Position numbers and translations under genes: made by a program | Notes under the pieces: model-generated | Database searches by the model: none | The model's input: only the letters and a program-made list of their open reading frames with translations | Told to the model about the DNA's origin: nothing | In this document: positions 9,212-18,858 of the stretch, piece by piece | How positions within the stretch are numbered: position 1 is the first letter of the stretch | Layout of the letters: every line of letters starts with the position of its first letter | Origin: an uncultured bacterium | GTDB lineage: Bacteria; Krumholzibacteriota; Krumholzibacteriia; WVZY01; JAKEHA01 | Reading direction: 5' to 3' | Assembly (NCBI GenBank): GCA_964588695.1 | Contig: CAZPQK010000009.1 | Location: forward strand, 28,022-92,021 | DNA: 64,000 nt

Positions 9212-10258
9212 CTAAAGCAGTCCCAACTTTCGTAACAGAGAAAGCGTGCCTTCCAGGTCGTCCAGGTCGGCCAGTCCGACGTTGGGTGCCGCGGTCTGCA
9301 GGTCGGCGGTCTTAACCAAACGCGAATTAGGAATCACAGCGTCGATGACTGGGTATTCGAACACATCGCTGGCAAAGTATTGTTGAGCGTTTGGGCCCAG
9401 CAGAAACTTGACGAATTCCAACGCCGCGTACTTGCGTTGCGAGTTGGCCAGAATGCCCGCTCCGGCCACGTTGACCAGGTTGCCGATGTCGCCTTCCGCA
9501 AAGAACGTCTGCTCCACGGGATAACCGCTGTCACTTTTCTTAAAGCGCAACAGGTAGTAGTGGTTGGGAAGTCCCAGGTCGATTTCTCCCGCGGCAATGG
9601 CTTGTACGATTGCGGTGTTCTTGGGGTACGACTTCGCACCGTTCTCCTTCATTTGGCGAAGCCAGGTTTCGGTGCGTGACTCACCCCAGGCAACCCGCAT
9701 GGCCGTTACGAATGACTGAAATGACGCGTTGGTGGGGGCCCAACCGACGCGGTCGCGCCACGCCGGAGAGAGTAGTTCGGAAACGCTGGCGGGAAGATGG
9801 TCTTCCGATACGCGAGCCGGAGAGTACGCCAATACGCGTGCCCGACCGCTGGTTGCCACCCACGCCGCGTTTGGACTCGCGAACATGCTGGTCACCAAAC
9901 CGCTAACGTCGGACGGAAGGTCGGCAAACAGCCCGGCTTTGGCCACCGCGGACAGTGCTCCCGCGTCTTGTGCCCAAAACACATCGGCGTTGGACTTGTC
10001 GCCCTCTTCCTGTAAGGCGAGCGCCAATTGCGCGCTGTTGCCGTACTTGACGTCAACTTTGATGCCGGTCGCTTCTTCGAACTGTTCGATGATTGGTGCG
10101 ACCAGGCTTTTACTGCGTCCGGCATAAAGCGTAAGCGTATTGTCCTTGTCAGATTTTGCGAACGTCGACTGCGATGCGCCGTCGCTGCCGCCGTCGTTGT
10201 TAGTGCAGCCCAACGCCGCCAATACCGTTAGCGTCGTTAGTAAAGTGCGAAGTTTCAT
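9212..10258 (-). CDS. fbpA: Fe(III) ABC transporter substrate-binding lipoprotein (FbpA/FutA-like)
   Basis: Lipobox ALGC; motifs LYAGR, EEGDKSNADVF, SGRARV and NHYY (tandem Tyr iron ligands). Confidence 0.85.
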   Translation of the reverse strand: MKLRTLLTTLTVLAALGCTNNDGGSDGASQSTFAKSDKDNTLTLYAGRSKSLVAPIIEQFEEATGIKVDVKYGNSAQLALALQEEGDKSNADVFWAQDAGALSAVAKAGLFADLPSDVSGLVTSMFASPNAAWVATSGRARVLAYSPARVSEDHLPASVSELLSPAWRDRVGWAPTNASFQSFVTAMRVAWGESRTETWLRQMKENGAKSYPKNTAIVQAIAAGEIDLGLPNHYYLLRFKKSDSGYPVEQTFFAEGDIGNLVNVAGAGILANSQRKYAALEFVKFLLGPNAQQYFASDVFEYPVIDAVIPNSRLVKTADLQTAAPNVGLADLDDLEGTLSLLRKLGLL

Positions 10259-10262
10259 TTTG

Positions 10263-10934
10263 TTACTCCAGTGTGAAGTCGATTGGGATGATAAACAACA
10301 TATCTTGATCCAAAAAACCAGCGATCGGAAACGGCGCCGAGCGCTCCACCATGTTCAGGACTTCCCGGTCCAGTAAACCATGACCAGACCCGCGATCGAT
10401 TTGCGCGGTTATTACTCCGCCCTTCGATGTTAATACGAGCCGCAGTAACACTTCGCCTTCGAGTCGTCGTGCAATTGCAGTTCTCGGGTATCGCTTGTGG
10501 CGTTCCAACCATGCGACAACCACAGTTTCGACCCCCGGGTCGGCTGCGACTGGATTGGCGCCTGGTTCGCTTCCGATCGGAAGTTCCGAGGTCACCGGTG
10601 CGGCCGGTACGTTGCGGGGAGCAATGTTCGCGTCCGGAAGTTCAAACGACTCCGCCGACTGAGCTGCCTTTTCGTCACCAGAAGTCACAGGTTCTTTCGG
10701 GGCAGCGTTTGCTGACAGCGCCTCTTGTGCGGACGTTTCGGGCGGCACCGTTTCGTTTATCGGAGGCGCAGCCACTGGCGTTGGCGCTTCCGTCGGGGCC
10801 TGAAGCCGGACACGAATAGCCTCGGGCGGGTTCGTTGTCACCGGCTCCGGCAGGCGAACTCCCGCTAGCACCGCGACGTGCAGCGCCGCCGACACAGTTA
10901 GAAGCGTCGCGAACCCCAGGCGGCGTCGGGTCAT
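10263..10934 (-). CDS. tonB: Energy transducer TonB
   Basis: N-terminal TM SAALH, Pro-rich linker and C-terminal YPRTAIARRLEGEV...GSGHGLLDREV. Confidence 0.9.
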   Translation of the reverse strand: MTRRRLGFATLLTVSAALHVAVLAGVRLPEPVTTNPPEAIRVRLQAPTEAPTPVAAPPINETVPPETSAQEALSANAAPKEPVTSGDEKAAQSAESFELPDANIAPRNVPAAPVTSELPIGSEPGANPVAADPGVETVVVAWLERHKRYPRTAIARRLEGEVLLRLVLTSKGGVITAQIDRGSGHGLLDREVLNMVERSAPFPIAGFLDQDMLFIIPIDFTLE

Positions 10935-11332
10935 GGCCGCCCCTGGGTAGCAATCGCTACGTTGGTGACATTGGCCTTTCGCAACTGATCCATCATGTCG
11001 ACAAGGCGTTGCACAGGCTGGTCGCCGTCGGTTTTGATCATTACGGTTTGCTCTTCCTGATTGACGATCAGTCGGGCAACCACTGGTCCGACCTGGTCGA
11101 ACTCAATCCGGTCGCCGTTTACGGCGACGCCACCGCCCGCCAGGAGAACCACGGTGATGTTGTCGATGTCACCGGGCGCCGAACTGCTGGATTCAGGAAG
11201 TTTCAAGTCGATCGCTTCCGCGACCAGGTAGGTGCTGGTTAGCATGAAGAAGATAAGCAGCAACAAGACCACGTCAATCAACGGAGCCATGTTCAGGTTC
11301 ATGGGCATGCGCGAGCGCCCTTCAAACTCCAT
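10931..11332 (-). CDS. exbD: Biopolymer transporter ExbD
   Basis: Motif LNMAPLIDVVLLLLIFFML. Confidence 0.92.
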   Translation of the reverse strand: MEFEGRSRMPMNLNMAPLIDVVLLLLIFFMLTSTYLVAEAIDLKLPESSSSAPGDIDNITVVLLAGGGVAVNGDRIEFDQVGPVVARLIVNQEEQTVMIKTDGDQPVQRLVDMMDQLRKANVTNVAIATQGRP

Positions 11333-12005
11333 AACTGTCGCTCCCGTCGAGCTCCTCTAAAAGCACTGGCCCTTTGGGGATTGCTCGTCCCTTGCGATAG
11401 TGAACCAGTATGCGAACGCTTGCATCTTTCATCGCGGCGCGCAGTTTGTCGACTTCGCCTTCAAAGTAGAAGTAACCCGCCATCGCGGGGATGGCCACGG
11501 CCAGGCCAAACGCGGTGGTTAGCAAGGCTTCCCAGATTCCGCCCGACAACACGGCGGGGTCAACTCGAGAGCCTGCCACTTCCAGATTCATGAACGCCTC
11601 AATCATTCCTAACACCGTGCCCAACAAGCCGCAAAACGGTGCCAGGTGTGCGATCGACGAAAGCATTCGCAACCACGATTCAATTCGACGTACCTGCTCG
11701 GAACCCACGCGACTTATTTCGGCTTCGGAGTCTGCGGTGGACATCGATCGGTCGCGACCGACAGTAATGGCCGACTCGATTACGCGCGCGACCGGCGAAC
11801 GGTCCTGCTTTAGAGCCCGAAAGGCATCGTCAACGGCGCCGTGTTGTAAGTTTCGCATGGTCGCGTCGATGACTTGAGTGTGGCGTGTACCCAGTCGCAG
11901 AAACTGAATTGCTTTGAACGCGATGATGGTCAACGCCAGGACCGACATACCCAAAAGCAGGTACATGATCGGTCCACCCTGTTGCAAAAGTGTATTTGCG
12001 TTCAC
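11322..12005 (-). CDS. exbB: MotA/TolQ/ExbB proton channel
   Basis: Motifs APFCGLLGTVLGMI and GGIWEALLTTAFGLAVAIPA. Confidence 0.92.
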   Translation of the reverse strand: MNANTLLQQGGPIMYLLLGMSVLALTIIAFKAIQFLRLGTRHTQVIDATMRNLQHGAVDDAFRALKQDRSPVARVIESAITVGRDRSMSTADSEAEISRVGSEQVRRIESWLRMLSSIAHLAPFCGLLGTVLGMIEAFMNLEVAGSRVDPAVLSGGIWEALLTTAFGLAVAIPAMAGYFYFEGEVDKLRAAMKDASVRILVHYRKGRAIPKGPVLLEELDGSDSYGV

Positions 12006-12158
12006 TCTAGTATCCCCGGTCAGCGTTCAGGACCACAGGTGGCGGTCACCGTTTCAAACAACAATTAGTCAGTATCGCCCACGGCCACTCATTCGGGAAG
12101 GGTAGATTCTTGATGGCGGGGATGTTGTGTTGTCGCCCGGGTTGATCCTTTTGGTGTG

Positions 12159-12185
12159 GTAACATATTATATACAAATATGTTAC
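12159..12185. promoter_or_regulatory. Perfect 10-7-10 inverted repeat, candidate operator
   Basis: GTAACATATT-ATATACA-AATATGTTAC forms an AT-rich island between the divergent exbB and penicillin acylase genes. Confidence 0.5.
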
Positions 12186-12214
12186 GACGGCAGCGGGCGT
12201 AGCCCAGGGGCAGG

Positions 12215-12243
12215 ATGACAGCGTCTTTCCGGACGGATATAGT
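12215..12243 (+). promoter_or_regulatory. Sigma70-type promoter, probably leaderless transcript
   Basis: ATGACA-N17-TATAGT with the ATG 6 nt after the -10 box. Confidence 0.5.
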
Positions 12244-12249
12244 GGAGGC

Positions 12250-14760
12250 ATGCGAATTTTCAGATTTCTCGTTCTGGCAATGATAACCGTCGCCGCTTTT
12301 GTGGCTTTGAACCGTCCCATCGGGTTGGTCCCGCCCCTGGGCAAGTTTCTAAGTCCGTTTTCGGGGTTCTGGCGAAATGGCTCCATCCACGACCGCATTC
12401 CCGATCAGGTGGAACTTCCGGGATTGTCCGCCAACGTTACCGTTGTGTGGGACAGTCGCATGATCCCACACATTTTTGCCGACAACGACCACGACTTGTA
12501 TTTAGCGCAAGGCTTTGTCACCGCGCGCCATCGATTGTGGCAGATGGAGTTTCAAACCCTAGCGGCAGCCGGACGTTTGTCGGAAGTCTTGGGCGAGCGG
12601 ACAGTGGAGTACGACCGGTTCCAGCGACGCATCGGCATGCTCGCTAGCGCAGAGCAAGGCGTGGACGCGATCATGTCGGAGCCGGAAACACGCGACGCGA
12701 TAAACGCATATCTCTTGGGCGTGAACCATTACATCTCTACGCTCACGCCCGCCGACCTTCCGGTCGAGTACAAGCTACTCGACTATAAACCGCAAACCGC
12801 GACGCCACTGCAGTTGGCGTTGTTGCTAAAATACTTTCAATACGATCTGACATTCAATACGCAGGACTTCGCAATTGAACGATCGTTGCAGTTGCTCGAT
12901 GCGGAAACGTTTCGTTTCTGGTATCCGACTCATCCACCCTACGATGACCCCATCGTTCCCAAAGGGACGCGGTGGAACTTTAAGCCGATTGCGCCGCGAG
13001 TCCCGCAGCCAACCCCCCATCCGCTGGGCCAGCATGCTGAACGCCGCACAAGTCTCGACCGGAAGCCTGGTGGCGTCAGCAGCCATGACGCTACGCCGCA
13101 GTTTGCCTTTCGTGCCAACGCACCCGACCCGAACGACGGTCAGGTACGGGGAAGTAACAACTGGGCGGTTGCACCCGACCGGACGCTGGCCGGTAACGCG
13201 CTTCTTGCGTTTGATCCGCATCTGACGTTGTACCTTCCCAGTTTGTGGTACGAAGTGCAGTTGCACGCGCCGGGGATCAATGTTTATGGCGTGACGCCGC
13301 CGGGGACGCCCGGAGTCGTGTTTGGTTTCAACCAGGACATCGCATGGGGCGCAACCAACGCCGAAGACGACTTGATTGATTGGTATCGACTGGATTTGCG
13401 AGATGACTATCGCGAATACCGTTACCAGGAAAACTGGCTGTCGACGTCTACGCGATTTGAAACAATCAAAGTGCGCGGGAAAAAAGCTGTTGTCGACACC
13501 GTGTACTACAGCCACCACGGCCCGGTGGTTTATCGCGATGGCGAGCCGCGCTTCTTTGAGGCGATTGCCCCCAACACTGCGCTACGTTGGACCGCTCACG
13601 AGCCCACCAACGACCTGCTTGGATTGATGCGGGTAAATCGAGCAAGTGACGTTTCCAGTTTTGCCGCTGCCCTGTCGGAACTTCGTTCGCCGCAGTTGAA
13701 TTTTGCGTTGGCGGCGCGAAGTGGCGATATCGGTATTTGGCATACGGGAATGTATCCAATCCGTCGCCAGGATGTGCGTTGGGGGGTTAAGGATGGGACT
13801 CGGCCCCAGGATGAGTGGGGAGGGTGGATTCCACGCGAACACTTGCCAACGTCGATCAACCCGCAGCGGGGTTGGGTGAGTTCGGCGAATCAAAAGGCCA
13901 CCGACGCGACGTATCCGTACTACATGATCTGGGACTTTGTGAGCGTCGATCGCGCCAGTCGAATAAACGAAGAACTCGCGCGTCTGGACAACGCGACCAC
14001 CGAAGACATGAAGCAACTACAGTTAGACGTGTTTAATCGTCACGCGCGCGAAGTGTTGCCAACTATGCTCGCGTCCGTCGATCAGTCGCAGCTAGCACCC
14101 GACGTGCGGTTGGTCTACAACGAGCTAGCGGCCTGGGACTATCAACACGTCGCCACGTCAACGGCAAGTCGAGTATTCGCATATTGGTGGGCCTACCTTT
14201 ACGATGCGATTTGGGACGACAACGTTCAACGCGAAGGCGGTAACCTGGCGTGGCCGAGTCGTGATGTCACGCGGTACCTGCTAACCAACTTCACCGAACA
14301 TCCGGTTTATGACAACGTTGCTACGGAGAAAAATGAATCTCTCGGCGACGTCGCGCTAGCGTCACTGGTAACGACTGTCGAAAAGATGACCGAGGCGTTC
14401 GGTCCGTTCGGTGCGGAATGGAATACCGGAACCTCACGCGGTACCACCATCGGCCACCTGGGGCGGATCCCCAGCTTTGGTCGCCGGGTGGCGACGGGCG
14501 GAACCAATACGACGGTTAACGCGACCAAGCGTACCAGCGGTCCGTCGTGGCGAATGGTTGCGTCGCTGGAAACGCCAATCCGGGCGTGGACGATTTATCC
14601 GGGAGGACAGTCCGGCAACCCGGGGTCGCGGTATTACGACAGTATGGTGAGTGATTGGGTTAAGGGTAAGTACCGGGAAGCGGTGTTTCTTACCGCGCCC
14701 GACCAGCGCGACGCGCGCATCATCGGTCGAACCGTTTTGACGCCGGAGGCTGGAGAATGA
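12250..14760 (+). CDS. Penicillin acylase family (Ntn hydrolase, S45) protein
   Basis: Motifs IPHIFA, AQGFVTARHRLWQM, autocleavage site GSNNWAV, DPHL and PGGQSGNPGSRYY. Confidence 0.92.
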   Translation: MRIFRFLVLAMITVAAFVALNRPIGLVPPLGKFLSPFSGFWRNGSIHDRIPDQVELPGLSANVTVVWDSRMIPHIFADNDHDLYLAQGFVTARHRLWQMEFQTLAAAGRLSEVLGERTVEYDRFQRRIGMLASAEQGVDAIMSEPETRDAINAYLLGVNHYISTLTPADLPVEYKLLDYKPQTATPLQLALLLKYFQYDLTFNTQDFAIERSLQLLDAETFRFWYPTHPPYDDPIVPKGTRWNFKPIAPRVPQPTPHPLGQHAERRTSLDRKPGGVSSHDATPQFAFRANAPDPNDGQVRGSNNWAVAPDRTLAGNALLAFDPHLTLYLPSLWYEVQLHAPGINVYGVTPPGTPGVVFGFNQDIAWGATNAEDDLIDWYRLDLRDDYREYRYQENWLSTSTRFETIKVRGKKAVVDTVYYSHHGPVVYRDGEPRFFEAIAPNTALRWTAHEPTNDLLGLMRVNRASDVSSFAAALSELRSPQLNFALAARSGDIGIWHTGMYPIRRQDVRWGVKDGTRPQDEWGGWIPREHLPTSINPQRGWVSSANQKATDATYPYYMIWDFVSVDRASRINEELARLDNATTEDMKQLQLDVFNRHAREVLPTMLASVDQSQLAPDVRLVYNELAAWDYQHVATSTASRVFAYWWAYLYDAIWDDNVQREGGNLAWPSRDVTRYLLTNFTEHPVYDNVATEKNESLGDVALASLVTTVEKMTEAFGPFGAEWNTGTSRGTTIGHLGRIPSFGRRVATGGTNTTVNATKRTSGPSWRMVASLETPIRAWTIYPGGQSGNPGSRYYDSMVSDWVKGKYREAVFLTAPDQRDARIIGRTVLTPEAGE

Positions 14761-15116
14761 AAGCTGCAATAAGTATCGTGGCTACGGCAGTGGTGTTGAT
14801 GTTGGCCCATGTTGTCTCTTCGTGGTGGGGTTGGGTGATGGTGCTTCCGTTTATGCTTGGTGTGGTGATGGGGTTCAGGGTCTGGAGAACCGCCTGGACC
14901 ATGGCCATATCGGCGGCGCTGGTATGGGGGGCGCAGTCAGTGTTCTGGACTCTGAACGGATCGGACTTGATCGTCGCGCAAATCGCGGAAACTATGAGCC
15001 TCCCCGCGGGCGCATGGTTGATTGTCGTTACCACGCTTGTTGGCGCGATCGCGGCTGGACTCGCTGGCGCCACCGGTAGTAGTCTTCGACGAATTAAACA
15101 AGCCAAAGCCCACTAA
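14757..15116 (+). CDS. Small hypothetical membrane protein
   Basis: Three to four hydrophobic segments; ATGA overlap with the acylase gene. Confidence 0.7.
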   Translation: MKAAISIVATAVVLMLAHVVSSWWGWVMVLPFMLGVVMGFRVWRTAWTMAISAALVWGAQSVFWTLNGSDLIVAQIAETMSLPAGAWLIVVTTLVGAIAAGLAGATGSSLRRIKQAKAH

Positions 15117-15131
15117 ACCGGAAACTATTAA

Positions 15132-16331
15132 ATGCCCTATCCCACACCGTTTCATCCGCGCACGTCGGAGCTTTGCACCAGTCTGCAGTGGAAAGAGTGG
15201 GCAGGCTATCACGCGGTTCGTTCGTTCGACGTTCACTTTGATGCCGAGTATTACGCGTTCCGCCATTCCTGCGGAATGATCGATGTTACCCCATTGTACA
15301 AATACGACGTGCAGGGGCCGGATGCGGCCCAGTTTCTGCGGCGGGTGATGGTTAAAGACGTTTCGCGGCTGAAGGTTGGTCAGGTGACCTACCTTTGCTG
15401 GTGCGACGACGATGGAAAAGTGATCGACGATGGAACCGTTACCCGGGTTGCCGACGACAACTTTCGGGTTACTGCCGCCGATCCGAACTACCATTGGTTG
15501 GTCCGTTGTAGTCGCGGGTACGACGTCACCGTGTCGGATGTCTCCGACCGGGTAGCCGCGCTGTCTCTGCAGGGGCCGACATCACGCGACGTTCTCAATG
15601 CGGCCTGCGACAAGTCTATTAACAAGCTTCGTTTCTTTCGATCGCGCCCAAATGTAATCGCGGGCGCCCCGGTTACGATATCGCGAACCGGCTACACCGG
15701 TGATCTTGGGTATGAGGTGTGGGTGGAAAACAAACACGCATTGACCGTGTGGGACGCGTTGATGGAGGCGGGAAGGCCCATCGGGATTTTACCGGCGGGG
15801 CTGGATGCGATGGACGTTACCCGGGTGGAAGCGGGTTTCGTTCTGGCGGGAATTGACTATTACAACGCTTTGCACACGATGACCGAACCGCGTAAGTCGT
15901 CTCCGTACGAGATCGACTTGGGATGGACCGTGCAATTGGATCGGGAACCTTTCATTGGTCAGGCCGCACTTCAGCGGGAGCACGACCGCGGGCCCTCGCG
16001 TGTGTTTGTCGGGTTAGATATCGACTGGGATGAACTGGAAGGCTTGTTTCGCGAGCACCGTCTGCCGCCGGAGATTCATCATGGCGGTTGGCGCGATCCG
16101 GTACCGATTTACGATCAGCGCAACCGCTACGTCGGACAAGCGACGAGCGGCGCGTGGTCGCCACTCCTTAAAAAGAACTTCGCTCTAGCGATGGTAACGG
16201 CGCAACACGGTGGATTGGGCACCGAGCTTCGCTTCGAAGTAACCGTAGAATACGAGCGGCGAACGGTGCCAGCCGTGGTGGTGGAAAAGCCGTTCTTTAA
16301 CCCCGAACGCAAACGATCGGTTCCTCGCTAA
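15132..16331 (+). CDS. Aminomethyltransferase (GcvT-like) folate-binding protein
   Basis: Motifs GMIDVTPL, GKVIDDGTV, LQGPTSR, ISRTGYTGDLGYE and RVEAG. No gcvH or gcvP nearby. Confidence 0.88.
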   Translation: MPYPTPFHPRTSELCTSLQWKEWAGYHAVRSFDVHFDAEYYAFRHSCGMIDVTPLYKYDVQGPDAAQFLRRVMVKDVSRLKVGQVTYLCWCDDDGKVIDDGTVTRVADDNFRVTAADPNYHWLVRCSRGYDVTVSDVSDRVAALSLQGPTSRDVLNAACDKSINKLRFFRSRPNVIAGAPVTISRTGYTGDLGYEVWVENKHALTVWDALMEAGRPIGILPAGLDAMDVTRVEAGFVLAGIDYYNALHTMTEPRKSSPYEIDLGWTVQLDREPFIGQAALQREHDRGPSRVFVGLDIDWDELEGLFREHRLPPEIHHGGWRDPVPIYDQRNRYVGQATSGAWSPLLKKNFALAMVTAQHGGLGTELRFEVTVEYERRTVPAVVVEKPFFNPERKRSVPR

Positions 16332-17923
16332 TGGCCAAGAGTAATCAATACGACGCGATTGTTGTCGGCGGCGGACACAACGGTTTGGTTGCGGCCGCGT
16401 ACCTGGCCAAAGCTGGGCGCAAGGTCGTGGTGCTGGAGAAACGCCACGTGCTGGGTGGCGCCGCGGTCAGCGAAGAGGTGTTTCCGGGCTTTACCTTCTC
16501 GGTTTGCTCGTACGTCGTGAGCCTGTTTCGTCCTCACATTATTCGCGAACTCAACCTCACTCGGCATGGCTTCCAACTAATTCCGCTCGACTGTTCGTTT
16601 ACGCCGCACGAAGACGGGCCGGGTCTGGTGCGCTGGCCGGAGGCGGCGCGTACGCGCAAGGAAATCGAGCGCTGGTCAAAGCGCGACGCAGAGATTTATC
16701 CGGAGTTCTCGTTGGCGATGAGCAAAATGGCTTTTTTCGTCAAGAACATCATCGACAACCCGGCCCCCGATGTTACGTCGCTAAACCCGCGCGAGCTTGC
16801 GCGCATTGCCGGTTTAGGAAAAGAACTAACTGCGCTTGGTCCTGATGTCGCCCACCTGCACAATCAGTTGCTGACCATGTCGGCGGTGGACTTCCTAAGC
16901 ATGTGGTTTGAGTCGGAAGCACTAATGGCACCGATGTCGGTGAGTGGGATTATCGGGACCTTCCTTGGCGTTCGTTCGCCGGGAACCGCTTACGTGTTAC
17001 TACATCATTACATGGGCGAAATCGACGGCGCGTTTCGCAGCTGGGGATTTTCGAAGGGCGGTACCGGCGGCGTGAGCATGGCTATTGCGCGCGCGGCCGA
17101 GTCGTTTGGCGCGGAGATCCGAACTTCGGCACCCGTAGCACATATTAAAGTAACGGGGAACCGTGCGACCGGTGTGGTTTTGGAAAACGGCGACGAGCTT
17201 GACGCATCGCTGGTGCTTTCCAACGCGGATCCGCGCGTAACTTTCGACCGATTGGTGGGCAACCAACATCTACCCGACGAGTTTAGCGCGCGGTTGCGAC
17301 GCTACAAGTATCGCGGAAGCTCCGGAAAAGTAAACCTCGCGCTTGACCGTTTTCCCGACTTCACTTGCCGCCCGGGAGACGGCGCGCATGTTCGCGGTGA
17401 TATCGCTATTGCTCCCAGTCTTGACTACCTGGAGCGAGCTTACGACCAGGCCAAATACGGAGAGTTTTCGCAGCGCCCGTATATGAACATCGTGGTGCCG
17501 TCCCTGGTGGATCCCTCGGTGGCGCCGCCCGGCAAACATGTCATGTCGATCTTTGTGCAGTACGCGCCCTACGACATTAAAGAGGGCGCCGACAAATGGC
17601 CGGATAAGCGGGAAGCTTTCGGCGATGCGGTGATCGACGAACTTGCACGTTACGCCCCGGGTATCAAGGACGCAATTCTTCACCGCCAAGTGCTTACGCC
17701 GTGGGATTTGGAACAGGAGATTGGTCTCAGCGAAGGAAACATTTTTCAGGGCGAACTCAGTATCGAACAGCTACTGTTTTTGCGCCCCACCGCCGGTCAC
17801 GCCCGTTACGAATCGCCCATCAAGAACCTTTGGATGTGCGGATCAGCCACGCATCCCGGCGGCGGCATTATGGGATCTCCCGGCGAACTGGCAGCAAAAC
17901 GGGCTATTGCGCTTGGGGCTTAG
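16331..17923 (+). CDS. Phytoene-dehydrogenase-like FAD-dependent oxidoreductase (copy 1)
   Basis: Rossmann motif GGGHNGLVAAAYLA, LGGAA, and C-terminal MCGSATHPGGGIMG. Confidence 0.88.
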   Translation: MAKSNQYDAIVVGGGHNGLVAAAYLAKAGRKVVVLEKRHVLGGAAVSEEVFPGFTFSVCSYVVSLFRPHIIRELNLTRHGFQLIPLDCSFTPHEDGPGLVRWPEAARTRKEIERWSKRDAEIYPEFSLAMSKMAFFVKNIIDNPAPDVTSLNPRELARIAGLGKELTALGPDVAHLHNQLLTMSAVDFLSMWFESEALMAPMSVSGIIGTFLGVRSPGTAYVLLHHYMGEIDGAFRSWGFSKGGTGGVSMAIARAAESFGAEIRTSAPVAHIKVTGNRATGVVLENGDELDASLVLSNADPRVTFDRLVGNQHLPDEFSARLRRYKYRGSSGKVNLALDRFPDFTCRPGDGAHVRGDIAIAPSLDYLERAYDQAKYGEFSQRPYMNIVVPSLVDPSVAPPGKHVMSIFVQYAPYDIKEGADKWPDKREAFGDAVIDELARYAPGIKDAILHRQVLTPWDLEQEIGLSEGNIFQGELSIEQLLFLRPTAGHARYESPIKNLWMCGSATHPGGGIMGSPGELAAKRAIALGA

Positions 17924-17961
17924 CCGCGTTCGCGCATTGTGCTAGACTCAAACCTGAGCTT

Positions 17962-18390
17962 ATGAGTCATCCCGCCGCCAAGAGTCACTTTGATCGCTCG
18001 ATCGACGCGTTAACGCAGGTCTTTGGTTTTCTGGAGTCCTGCTACCAGCAGATGGATATTGGGGAATCGGTGCAGTACGCGGTGAACCTCTCGGTTGAAG
18101 AGCTTTTTACCAACATCGTCAAATATAGTCCGGATACCGGCAACGCAGTCGAAGTTGCGCTTGTGCGCGAACCCGGTCGAGTCACGATTCGCATCGTAGA
18201 CGAAGACACCGAGAAGTTTGACGTCACCAGGCCGTCGGAGTTTGACCCCGAGATGGGCTTGGAAGATCGGCGTGAGGGTGGGGTGGGGCTGCATCTGGTG
18301 CAATCGATGATGGACGAAATCAACTACGACTACAAAAATAGAACCGCGCGCATCACGCTGGTGAAATACGTGGAGGAAAGTGATGTTTGA
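17962..18390 (+). CDS. RsbW/SpoIIAB-like anti-sigma factor Ser kinase (HATPase_c)
   Basis: N-box EELFTNIVKY, FDVT and G2 GGVGLHLVQSMMDEI. An extended -10 (TGcTAGACT) lies just upstream. Confidence 0.85.
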   Translation: MSHPAAKSHFDRSIDALTQVFGFLESCYQQMDIGESVQYAVNLSVEELFTNIVKYSPDTGNAVEVALVREPGRVTIRIVDEDTEKFDVTRPSEFDPEMGLEDRREGGVGLHLVQSMMDEINYDYKNRTARITLVKYVEESDV

Positions 18391-18664
18391 GATTCGCATC
18401 GACGGGGACACGGTCTATCTGTCTGGGCGCCTGGATGCCACCAGTGTCGATCGCGCCCGGGACACCCTCAATCTGGTGGAAAGCGACGCGCGGGTCGACT
18501 TTGACGGACTGGGTTACATTTCTAGTGCCGGGCTGGGGGTTCTCTTGGGGACCCAGAAACGCCTCAGCGCTTCCGGTCATTCCCTGACATTGACCAACCT
18601 CAACCCCCATATCCGCGAAATCTTTCGAATTGCAGGATTCGACAAGGTATTTGCAATCGAATAG
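18380..18664 (+). CDS. STAS-domain anti-anti-sigma factor (RsbV/SpoIIAA-like)
   Basis: Motifs LSGRLD, phosphoacceptor YISSAGLG and IREIFRIAGF. Overlaps the upstream kinase gene. Confidence 0.9.
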   Translation: MMFEIRIDGDTVYLSGRLDATSVDRARDTLNLVESDARVDFDGLGYISSAGLGVLLGTQKRLSASGHSLTLTNLNPHIREIFRIAGFDKVFAIE

Positions 18665-18858
18665 AAATAAATCACTTAAGTAAAAAGCGGTACCGACCGA
18701 AATTCCTACCAACTTCGCGGCTAATTCGTTTGTATTTCTTAGTTGAAAGTATGAATGACCGCGGCAACGCGATGCCTCACGGATATCGGCCGTATGATCC
18801 CGCCCCCGGGTAGCGCATCATCCGCTCGGCAAAGCGCGTCACACAAGGAGGAATCAAC

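Noticed and set aside
12006-12120. Fur box upstream of exbB
   Set aside because: I found no adequate match to GATAATGATAATCATTATC.
15132-16331. Glycine cleavage system gcvT
   Set aside because: There is no gcvH or gcvP and the gene is coupled to an oxidoreductase, so it is kept as GcvT-like only.
16331-17923. Carotenoid biosynthesis (crtI) assignment for the two oxidoreductases
   Set aside because: No crtB, crtE or crtY is nearby, and the GcvT-like context points to another role.
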